Positions 45,253 to 52,942 of a stretch of DNA of 64,000 nucleotides are shown here, piece after piece. The position numbers and the translations under genes were made by a program. Every line of letters starts with the position of its first letter. The first letter of the stretch is position 1. Origin of the DNA: a virus; the IMG/VR virus record IMGVR_UViG_3300032287_001974, positions 1-64,000 of that record. One strand, given 5' to 3'. The notes beneath the pieces were generated by a model. It did not search any database. It saw only the letters and a list, made by a program, of their open reading frames with translations, and had not been told where the DNA came from.

Positions 45253-45548
45253 TGACTGTCAGACTTATTCAAGTCTTTCTTAGCCACAAGTCAGATGCCC
45301 CAGGGCCAGGGATATTCGAGGTCAGCGCGGATGAGGATAGAAACCTAACTTGCACTTGCCCTGGGTTTATGTCTAAGTCTGTGTGCAAACATACAAAGCT
45401 TGTTACTGAGCGGATTGAACGAAACAACGGCATGTACCCATTTGATTTTGTTGACGAGACTAACCAAAAAGAAATTAAGCTAGCGATGACAGACGAAAAC
45501 CTTTTTAGGGAGTTCATAATTAAACACGCTAAGATCGAGGTCTACTAA
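45252..45548 (+). CDS. SWIM zinc-finger protein
   Basis: CTCPGF....CKH. Confidence 0.8.
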   Translation: MTVRLIQVFLSHKSDAPGPGIFEVSADEDRNLTCTCPGFMSKSVCKHTKLVTERIERNNGMYPFDFVDETNQKEIKLAMTDENLFREFIIKHAKIEVY

Positions 45549-45955
45549 TGCAGAACGGCGATATTAGCAATGCAATGCCTAAGCGCATACTAGTAACGAC
45601 TGACGTTATTACCGATGAATATGAGGACAAGAAAAAAGTGCTAGGATTTGTCCCAGTAAGGTCTAAGAAGATTGAGTACAACAGGCTCGTTCTTAGTCAT
45701 CTGTATATGACCACGTTAAAGCGCGGCATTACTATGGAGTTAATCAGCTATACTCGCTCTGAAAAAGAGATGGTAGATTTGATGCTCTACTTAGACAAGA
45801 TCGGTACGAACCCGTTTCGTTATGGATCTGCTTACAAGTCGGTCGACAAGTTAGTTGCAGAACTACCTTTTAGACCAGAGGTTATCGGTGTAATAGATAT
45901 CCCAACGCGACTACTTCGGTATGGTCGTTGGGGATTGGACTTTCCTTCATTATGA
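45548..45955 (+). CDS. Hypothetical protein
   Basis: Coupled ORF in the replication operon. Confidence 0.7.
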   Translation: MQNGDISNAMPKRILVTTDVITDEYEDKKKVLGFVPVRSKKIEYNRLVLSHLYMTTLKRGITMELISYTRSEKEMVDLMLYLDKIGTNPFRYGSAYKSVDKLVAELPFRPEVIGVIDIPTRLLRYGRWGLDFPSL

Positions 45956-47178
45956 GTACAGAAGCAAAACTACTAAGTGCGGTCATAGCCGTCCGCGACT
46001 TATCCCCGCTTTTTGAGCGCAATGTCGCAGATCAGTGGTTCCCCGACGAAGAAGACCGCCGTGTGTGGACCTTTATGCGTACGCACTTCTCTAAATATGC
46101 AGAGTGCCCAAGCGCAGAGGTCATATCGGCTAACTTCCCTACCTACGTTCTTCAGCCAATCACCGACTCGATTGACTATCTGCTTGACGACCTGCTAGAT
46201 AAGCGACGTAAGAACTCGATTACGACGACGCTACGTGCTGCTGTAGACGAGATTCAAAACAATAAGAACCACGAGTCTGCGCTGATGATTATGCAGGGCG
46301 GCCTTATCCGCCTTGAAGAAGAGGGACTTAACAACACCTCTGACGTTAACCTTATCCAGACCACAGAGTCTCGATGGGAAGACTACATCTTCCGTAAGAA
46401 CAACCCAGGTTTGCTGGGCGTTGCTACCGGCTTCCCTACTATTGATGCTGTGACTAACGGGCTACAAAAGGGCCAGTTGATTGTGGTAGTCGCCACACCA
46501 AAGACCGGTAAGTCAACTCTGGCCTTGCAGATTGCAAATAACATTCACAAGCAGGGGCTATCACCAATGTTCCAGTCGTTTGAGATGACTAACCGTGAAC
46601 AGCAAGACCGTTACGACTCTATGCGCGCCTTGGTTTCGCACAATCGACTTATTACTGGTGCTCTTACTTCAGACGAAGAAAAACGATACAAAGAGTCGCT
46701 AGACAAAATGTCTGAGGATGAGGCTAATTTTTGGCTAGTGGACTCGGCACACGGCATTACTACCTCAGCCATCCACAGCAAGATTCAGACTCTACAGCCA
46801 GACGTTATCTTTATTGACGGTGTGTACTTAATGCTTGACGAGCAGACTGGTGAGTCAAACACTCCACAGGCCCTTACTGGAATCACCCGTTCCCTAAAGC
46901 GACTAGCCCAGAAAACAAATAAGCCAGTTGTAATCACTACACAAGCACTTAACTGGAAGTCTAAAAAGGGAAAGGTAACCACTGACTCGATCGGTTACTC
47001 ATCCTCATTCCTCCAAGACGCAGACGTTGTGTTTGGCCTTGAGCGCGAAGATGAGAACGTAGATGATACCCGTATCCTAAAGGTCATGGCAGCCCGTAAT
47101 AGCGGTAACGTAGAGGCTACACTTATGTGGGATTGGGCATCAGGTCTATTCCGTGAAATGAACAGCGACGACGTATGA
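45952..47178 (+). CDS. dnaB: DnaB-like replicative helicase
   Basis: GVATGFPTID, ATPKTGKS, SFEM, IFIDG and QDAD motifs; ATGA overlap places the start at 45952. Confidence 0.92.
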   Translation: MSTEAKLLSAVIAVRDLSPLFERNVADQWFPDEEDRRVWTFMRTHFSKYAECPSAEVISANFPTYVLQPITDSIDYLLDDLLDKRRKNSITTTLRAAVDEIQNNKNHESALMIMQGGLIRLEEEGLNNTSDVNLIQTTESRWEDYIFRKNNPGLLGVATGFPTIDAVTNGLQKGQLIVVVATPKTGKSTLALQIANNIHKQGLSPMFQSFEMTNREQQDRYDSMRALVSHNRLITGALTSDEEKRYKESLDKMSEDEANFWLVDSAHGITTSAIHSKIQTLQPDVIFIDGVYLMLDEQTGESNTPQALTGITRSLKRLAQKTNKPVVITTQALNWKSKKGKVTTDSIGYSSSFLQDADVVFGLEREDENVDDTRILKVMAARNSGNVEATLMWDWASGLFREMNSDDV

Positions 47179-48128
47179 GACTAGAAGAAATGGAGCGCGT
47201 ACTAGAACGCCTCAACATTGACCCTATAAACATCCGCGGGTCAGAGATTCTTGCACTATGCCCAGGCCACAAGGAGATGACCGGCAAAGAAGACCACCAC
47301 CCATCTTGGTGGATTAACGCTGAGACAGGTGCGCACATCTGCTTTTCCTGCGGGTTCAAGGGAAACATCTGGTCGCTAATTGCTTCAGTGCAGGGTCTCA
47401 AGGACGCCAACGGGCTTCTAGACTACGCAGATGCTAAGGACTGGCTATACCTTTCATTCGACAACATTTTACTTGGCTCACCTGACGAAGAAGAAACTGA
47501 AGAGTCAATCTTTAAAGAGGTAGTCGAGGTTGGTGAATCTAGACTAGCTTTGTTTACTATGCCGCCCGCTAGCGCACTAAAAGCTAGAGGCTTTACGCAG
47601 GAAGCTGCTCAGAAGTACGGGCTTATGTGGGACCCTAAGTATTCAAACTGGATAACCCCAATTCGCAACCCCTATTCAAATAAATTGCTCGGTTGGCAGG
47701 AGAAGGGCTACAAGCGACGTTATTTTAATAACTACCCGCAAGGCGTGGAAAAATCGACTACATTATTTGGGTTCAAGCAATATACAGGCGGTCGCATGAT
47801 TGTGGTCGAGTCTCCGCTCGATGTGGTTCGCTTAGAGGCCGTCGGTATCACTGGCGGAGTATCCACCTACGGTTCCATTATTTCCGCTACTCAGGTAGGC
47901 TTGATCAGAGAAGCAGACGAGATTGTGTTTGCTTTGGACAACGACGAGTCAGGAATCAACTCATCTAAGAAAATGCTGGAACTTAGCATCAAGCTCGGAT
48001 TTGAGGCCTGGTTCTTTAGCTACTCACACACTGAAATGAAAGATGTAGGCGGCATGAGCCGTAGCGAAATACTTATGGGGCTAGACAACGCTAAGCACTC
48101 CGTACACGGATTAGGAGCTATTCAATGA
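47175..48128 (+). CDS. dnaG: DNA primase (Zn finger + Toprim)
   Basis: CPGH...CFSC; VVESPLD; LDNDESG; KDVG. Confidence 0.9.
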   Translation: MRLEEMERVLERLNIDPINIRGSEILALCPGHKEMTGKEDHHPSWWINAETGAHICFSCGFKGNIWSLIASVQGLKDANGLLDYADAKDWLYLSFDNILLGSPDEEETEESIFKEVVEVGESRLALFTMPPASALKARGFTQEAAQKYGLMWDPKYSNWITPIRNPYSNKLLGWQEKGYKRRYFNNYPQGVEKSTTLFGFKQYTGGRMIVVESPLDVVRLEAVGITGGVSTYGSIISATQVGLIREADEIVFALDNDESGINSSKKMLELSIKLGFEAWFFSYSHTEMKDVGGMSRSEILMGLDNAKHSVHGLGAIQ

Positions 48129-48421
48129 GCGCACCAGATTATATGGCACAGGTTGAAAAAAACGCCAATGAGGAATGGGTAGGCGCAGCTGCCGACATTG
48201 TAGCGCGCCTAGCCGCCGCTAAAAAAACATTTACCACAGACGACGTGTGGGAAGAACTAGCCAAACTAGATGTTAGAACGCACGAGCCGCGGGCTATGGG
48301 CGCAGTCATGTCAGCCGCAAAACGTATGAAAATGGTCTCATCAACATCAACTTACGTCATTAGCACTAGACCTGAATGCCACAGCCGACCAATACGTGTT
48401 TGGGAATCATTAGTAATATGA
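48125..48421 (+). CDS. Hypothetical protein
   Basis: FTTDDVW...EPRAMGAV...HSRPIRVWES motif. Confidence 0.7.
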   Translation: MSAPDYMAQVEKNANEEWVGAAADIVARLAAAKKTFTTDDVWEELAKLDVRTHEPRAMGAVMSAAKRMKMVSSTSTYVISTRPECHSRPIRVWESLVI

Positions 48422-50001
48422 GTTTTGTAGGCACGCTACTTCCATACCAGCCCGAGGCCGTAGACAAAATGTGCGAACGAGGCAAGATGTTGGTCGCCTA
48501 CGACCTAGGACTTGGCAAGACTGTTTTGACTATTGCCGCTGTAGAACGCCTAATGGACGAACAAAAGGTTACAGAACCCGGTCTAATTATTTGCTTGTCT
48601 AGCCTTAAGTACCAGTGGGCAGCTTCTATTAAGAAGTTTACTAATGGCTCTAACCCAATTGTGATTGATGGCTCTCCTGAACAGCGTAAGCGCCAGTACG
48701 ACCGCGCTATGAAGTGGCGCACTACCGGAATCGACTACATCATTATGAATTACGAGCAGGTAGTAAATGATTGGGAGTTTGTCAGCAAACTACCTCGCGG
48801 ATTTGTAGTCTTAGACGAGGCAACAGCCATTAAGTCATTTAGATCTAAGCGAGCCAAGGCCGCTAAAAAGCTTGCAACTTGTGAGTACCGGTTTGCTTTG
48901 ACGGGTACCCCTGTCGAGAATGGCAAGCCAGAAGAGCTTTACAGCATTATGCAGTTTGTTGACGACAGCGTGCTCGGCAGGTTTGACAAATTTGACGCAA
49001 CTTTTATTGTACGTAACGCTTGGGGCGGCGTAGACCGCTACCGTAACCTGCCTACTCTTCATGAGCGTATGAAAGAAGCTTCTGTGCGTAAAGCTCAGAA
49101 AGACGCAGACGTAGCGCCGTTCCTTCCCGGGACAATTCATAAAGACCCTGTCTATGTGACGTTAGACAGAAAAGCAGCTAAGTTATACAAGCGCATCTCT
49201 GACGATCTTTTGCTAGACCTAGACAACGCCCAGACATTGTTCGGTGGTTCGTTTAACATTATGGCGCACTACGGGTTTGAGAAATCATGGGGCGGCCCTG
49301 AAGATGAGCTGCGCGGTCAAGTAATGTCAAAGGTTGGCGCACTTAAGATGCTTGCTTGTTCTCCACAGTTGCTTAAGACTAGCGCTAAGAAATTCCACAG
49401 CGGTAATGGCGAAGGTTCTGCTTATGCCGCTCAATTGGATGACGAAGGGTTGCTAGAGGCAATGCCCAATACAAAGCTAGACGTTTTTACTGCTTATGTA
49501 AAAGACTTTTTAGAACAAGACGAGAAGAATAAGCTGGTGGTATTTTGTTCCTACGTAGACATGGTGGATCTTATAGCAGACCGCGTTGGACGCGATATAA
49601 CCGTTACCTACACTGGTCAATTAGACGCTAAGACAAAGGAGAAGCATAAGAATGCTCTTAATAACGACCCTTCTGTTCGTGTTTTCGTCAGTTCTGATGC
49701 TGGCGGCTACGGTGTTGATTTACCAGCGGCGAATATGCTCATTAACTATGATCTCCCTTGGTCTTCTGGTCTTGCTACTCAGCGTAACGGCCGTATTCGT
49801 CGGGCTTCTTCTGAGTGGAAAACTATAGTTATCCAGGACTTCCTAATTGCCGGCTCAGTAGAAGTTAGGCAATTTGAGGCACTTCAGCAGAAAAATGCTA
49901 TTGCAGCCGCTGTTATAGACGGCGAGGGAATCAATAAAAACGGCGGGGTAGACCTAACTATTGGCTCACTACGCGGATTTTTGCTAGACACATCGGTATA
50001 G
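48418..50001 (+). CDS. SNF2-family helicase
   Basis: DLGLGKT, VLDEA, LTGTPVEN, GVDL and QRNGRIRR motifs. Confidence 0.92.
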   Translation: MSFVGTLLPYQPEAVDKMCERGKMLVAYDLGLGKTVLTIAAVERLMDEQKVTEPGLIICLSSLKYQWAASIKKFTNGSNPIVIDGSPEQRKRQYDRAMKWRTTGIDYIIMNYEQVVNDWEFVSKLPRGFVVLDEATAIKSFRSKRAKAAKKLATCEYRFALTGTPVENGKPEELYSIMQFVDDSVLGRFDKFDATFIVRNAWGGVDRYRNLPTLHERMKEASVRKAQKDADVAPFLPGTIHKDPVYVTLDRKAAKLYKRISDDLLLDLDNAQTLFGGSFNIMAHYGFEKSWGGPEDELRGQVMSKVGALKMLACSPQLLKTSAKKFHSGNGEGSAYAAQLDDEGLLEAMPNTKLDVFTAYVKDFLEQDEKNKLVVFCSYVDMVDLIADRVGRDITVTYTGQLDAKTKEKHKNALNNDPSVRVFVSSDAGGYGVDLPAANMLINYDLPWSSGLATQRNGRIRRASSEWKTIVIQDFLIAGSVEVRQFEALQQKNAIAAAVIDGEGINKNGGVDLTIGSLRGFLLDTSV

Positions 50002-50008
50002 TAATAGA

Positions 50009-50182
50009 ATGCCAACTTATCAATACAAATGCCCGCTCTGCCAGGCGGCTCTAGAGGTTACCAGGAGTATTCACGAGGACGACCCAGGCTACGAGTGCAG
50101 CAACTGTAAAGTTCCGTTTACCCAGGTGCTCAGCGGCATCTCACTATCATTTAAGGGGTCAGGGTGGGCGCACAAGGAGTAA
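50009..50182 (+). CDS. FmdB-family zinc ribbon protein (not in track)
   Basis: MPTYQYKCPLC...CSNC...FKGSGW. Confidence 0.85.
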   Translation: MPTYQYKCPLCQAALEVTRSIHEDDPGYECSNCKVPFTQVLSGISLSFKGSGWAHKE

Positions 50183-50187
50183 TAAAG

Positions 50188-50526
50188 ATGCCAACTAAAA
50201 TTAAGGTTGGCTCCCAGATTTGGGATATAGTAGAAAAACCTCGTAAGGGTGACCTAAGCCTTTCCGAAGACAGCTTTGGCTACACTTTGGCTCGTGAAAA
50301 TCTAATAATCCTAGATAACAGCATGTCAAACAGCCGTAAGCGCCAGACTCTCTTGCATGAGATTCTTCACGCAATTAAGTTTTCTTTTGGCAGCCCGGTC
50401 ACACCAAAAAAGACTGACGAAGCCGAAATTTGGGAGCACTACTACATAGCAATGTACGAAGAAGGGCTGCTTTTAGTTCTTCGGGATAACCCGGGGTTAC
50501 TTGCATACCTATTAAAGGAAGATTAA
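50188..50526 (+). CDS. HExxH metallopeptidase-like protein
   Basis: QTLLHEILHA; start at ATG 50188. Confidence 0.75.
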   Translation: MPTKIKVGSQIWDIVEKPRKGDLSLSEDSFGYTLARENLIILDNSMSNSRKRQTLLHEILHAIKFSFGSPVTPKKTDEAEIWEHYYIAMYEEGLLLVLRDNPGLLAYLLKED

Positions 50527-50535
50527 GGTTAAACA

Positions 50536-50793
50536 ATGGCAGCAGGAGAATCATTTAAAATGACATTTGATGAATGGCTACAGATTGGCCTTGACAACGC
50601 CTGGGTAGGGCCATCCGTGTGCTCTACGCACGACGGCATTCCAATGACTGGTGAAGAGGAAGAAGAAATGTACGAAGGGGACCCTTGCGTACACATTCTT
50701 AGACTTTACGAGGACGAGGAAACTAAGAAAGCTGTAGAGGAAAACCACTCTCCTAGCGTCTGGCGTGCAACCAACTCCGGTTTTAGTGTATAG
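50536..50793 (+). CDS. Hypothetical protein
   Basis: CSTHDG...DPCVH motif. Confidence 0.7.
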   Translation: MAAGESFKMTFDEWLQIGLDNAWVGPSVCSTHDGIPMTGEEEEEMYEGDPCVHILRLYEDEETKKAVEENHSPSVWRATNSGFSV

Positions 50794-50805
50794 TTGTACC
50801 TACAT

Positions 50806-50879
50806 CGCGGTGTGGGGCAGCTCGGTAGTCCGCTAGGCTCATAACCTAGAGATCGCAGGTTCAAATCCTGCCACCGCAA
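50806..50879 (+). tRNA. tRNA-Met (CAT), initiator-like
   Basis: Cloverleaf with CTCATAA loop, C1:A72 mismatch and TTCAAAT T-loop; no encoded CCA. Confidence 0.9.
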
Positions 50880-50895
50880 CGAAAGAAAGTGCAAT

Positions 50896-51033
50896 ATGGC
50901 AAAAGGAAAGGGCGGAGGCCCAAAGCCACCTGTTAAGGGCGGTAACTCAGACCGCAAGAACGGTAAAGCTGACAAGAAGTCTCCAAAAGTCTTTGACCCA
51001 GTAAAGCGCCGTCTTGTAACTAAAACTAAATAG
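50896..51033 (+). CDS. 45 aa basic protein (not in track)
   Basis: MAKGKGGGPKPP...KRRLVTKTK between the tRNA and tmRNA. Confidence 0.6.
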   Translation: MAKGKGGGPKPPVKGGNSDRKNGKADKKSPKVFDPVKRRLVTKTK

Positions 51034-51039
51034 TGACTA

Positions 51040-51370
51040 GGGGATGATCGGTTTCGACGGTCATTCGTAAATTGGTGAAGCAAGCAGAGATAGCGGAGTC
51101 TCTTAAAACCGCTAAAAAAATAAATGCTGAATCTCGTTCTGCATTCGCACTAGCTGCCTGATCGTAGTTAGTACCCCCAGGAAAGCAGCAGTTCTAGCTG
51201 GGCACTTGGGTTTTAAATAAATAGAACAACTTGTATCACGTCCATGCTGGAGACGTAAAACTGAAGCACCACAGGATGTGGCAGTTCGGTCCTGGAAATA
51301 TAAACTGCCTAAGCTTGTAGAAGAACAACACACTAATGATCGGACCGGGGTTCAATTCCCCGCATCTCCA
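51040..51370 (+). ncRNA. ssrA: tmRNA
   Basis: 5' GGGGATGATCGGTTTCGAC; 3' GGTTCAATTCC...CATCTCCA with G3:U70; tag ORF at 51126-51161 encodes AESRSAFALAA. Confidence 0.95.
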
Positions 51371-51432
51371 CGCTTGCAGATAAAGGGAGCGCCCAGCGGT
51401 CTGCCCGTCCTAGGCAACGGAATTCTCCCAAT

Positions 51433-51504
51433 TGATCACTAGCTCAACGGCAGAGCAACGAGCTGTTAACTCGAAGGTTCCTGGTTCGAATCCAGGGTGG
51501 TCAG
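51433..51504 (+). tRNA. tRNA-Asn (GTT)
   Basis: Cloverleaf with CTGTTAA loop and G73. Confidence 0.9.
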
Positions 51505-51506
51505 CC

Positions 51507-51580
51507 CGCGGGGTAGGGTAGTTAGGTAATCCGCCAGCTCGACTAGCTGGAAATCGTGGGTTCAAATCCCACCCCCGCAA
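51507..51580 (+). tRNA. Atypical tRNA: fMet-type body with TCGACTA anticodon loop
   Basis: CGCGGGG/CCCCGCA-A acceptor, intact D and T arms, CCAGC/GCTGG stem; the loop lacks U33 and purine 37. Confidence 0.75.
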
Positions 51581-51581
51581 C

Positions 51582-51620
51582 AAAAAAGCCCCAGGCTATA
51601 AACCTGGGGCTTTTTTATTT
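51582..51620. terminator. Bidirectional intrinsic terminator
   Basis: AAAAAAGCCCCAGG...CCTGGGGCTTTTTT between convergent units. Confidence 0.9.
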
Positions 51621-51625
51621 AGTTA

Positions 51626-51979
51626 TTACTTGACGTTGTCGTCGTCATCAAATAGATCAGAGAGGTCTCCGAAGTCGTCTAGCTCTGAGGTTTCTTTGGC
51701 TGAGGCTTTTACAGCTTCTGCAACATCCTTATTGTCAGCGGCTTGTTTAGCAACAGCAGCGCGGAAGCCTTTTTCGATGTCTTCGTCTGAGATATTTGCA
51801 TCCCAAGCTAGCTGAACACCGAAGAAGATAATAATTGATGAGAACACTGTTGCAACACCGATAAGACCACCAGCAACCCATCCAACTGACGAGCTACCAC
51901 CAACGGCAGCACCAGGGATAAACGCAAACATGACTACACCAATGGAGCGAACAATAATTTGTTTTAATTGCTTAAGCAA
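51626..51979 (-). CDS. Holin-like two-TM protein
   Basis: Two TM helices, downstream of the endolysin; TTG start with AAGGAG RBS. Confidence 0.65.
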   Translation of the reverse strand: MLKQLKQIIVRSIGVVMFAFIPGAAVGGSSSVGWVAGGLIGVATVFSSIIIFFGVQLAWDANISDEDIEKGFRAAVAKQAADNKDVAEAVKASAKETSELDDFGDLSDLFDDDDNVK

Positions 51980-52505
51980 GCGGGGTCTCCTTCTTAGGGG
52001 CTTTAGAAGTTGGAGCAGGAGCAACTACTGGAGCTTCTGCAGGGGCAGCGGTTTTTGCAGCAGCTTTAGCTGCAGCGGCTTCGCTCTTAATCATTTTTTC
52101 TAGGAAAGTGTGGGCGTCGTATACCTTGCCAGTAATGCCTCCACCGCTGGTTAGCGATAGGGTAAAGTGCAGGTGAACCCCGCTACTGGCGCTTCCAGAT
52201 GTTCCAGCCCCACCAACTGAAGCACCAGACTTAACTTTGGTGCCTACTTTAAGAGGAGACTGCTTGTCCATGTGGCAGTAGATGAAATAGTGCTTCCCAA
52301 CCTTAAGCTCAACAACCCAACCAAGGACGTCAGTCCATTTGTTTAGGGTAATCTGACCATCTCCAACAGCTGGCAGCGGTGTGCCAGCTTTGAAGCCGTT
52401 GTAGTCCACGCCTCGGTGAGGGCCTAGGCCCATAGCCTTGCGCTGAGGTGAGTGCGAGCCAAATGGGTCAGCAACCTTTTTGAACGGCAAACGGTAGTTG
52501 TACAT
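51972..52505 (-). CDS. M23 peptidase endolysin
   Basis: HRGVD, YCHM and HLHF motifs. Confidence 0.85.
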   Translation of the reverse strand: MYNYRLPFKKVADPFGSHSPQRKAMGLGPHRGVDYNGFKAGTPLPAVGDGQITLNKWTDVLGWVVELKVGKHYFIYCHMDKQSPLKVGTKVKSGASVGGAGTSGSASSGVHLHFTLSLTSGGGITGKVYDAHTFLEKMIKSEAAAAKAAAKTAAPAEAPVVAPAPTSKAPKKETPLA

Positions 52506-52536
52506 TGTAGTCCTTTCAGTACTTGTCTATTGTCTC

Positions 52537-52704
52537 TTATTCGTCGTGGTTTCGCAGGGGAAACGTAACGACCCAAGCAATAATTGCACCAATAATGGCC
52601 CAACCAACTACCGACTTAGCCGAGCCCTCAAGTACGATCCAGGCCACAAACATACCCAGAAGGGTCCATAGTTGGCCCAGCATGTCGTTAAAAAACTTTT
52701 TCAT
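52537..52704 (-). CDS. 55 aa two-TM membrane protein (not in track)
   Basis: MKKFFNDMLGQLWTLLGMFVAWIVLEGSAK...; TAATG coupling. Confidence 0.7.
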   Translation of the reverse strand: MKKFFNDMLGQLWTLLGMFVAWIVLEGSAKSVVGWAIIGAIIAWVVTFPLRNHDE

Positions 52705-52940
52705 TAGTCCTCATCCTCCTTACTGTTCTTATTAGATGCCTTAGCGCCAAAATAGCCGCCGAGAATACCTATGATTCCACCTAGGGCAGTCTGCACCAAG
52801 GTCATAACGTCCGAGGAGACCTCTACAGGTTCCCCAGTGGTTTGGGTCTCAATGGCTGCTACAACATAGTCGCCAACGATTGCAAATAGAATTGCAACCA
52901 TAACGCCAGCCGCAAGGATTAGCATTGTTTTTTCTTTCAT
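52704..52940 (-). CDS. Two-TM membrane protein
   Basis: Two hydrophobic helices; GGIIGILGGYFG. Confidence 0.7.
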   Translation of the reverse strand: MKEKTMLILAAGVMVAILFAIVGDYVVAAIETQTTGEPVEVSSDVMTLVQTALGGIIGILGGYFGAKASNKNSKEDED

Positions 52941-52942
52941 TG

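Noticed and set aside
50706-51333. Minus-strand ORFs over the tRNA/tmRNA cluster
   Set aside because: They overlap clear structural RNA genes
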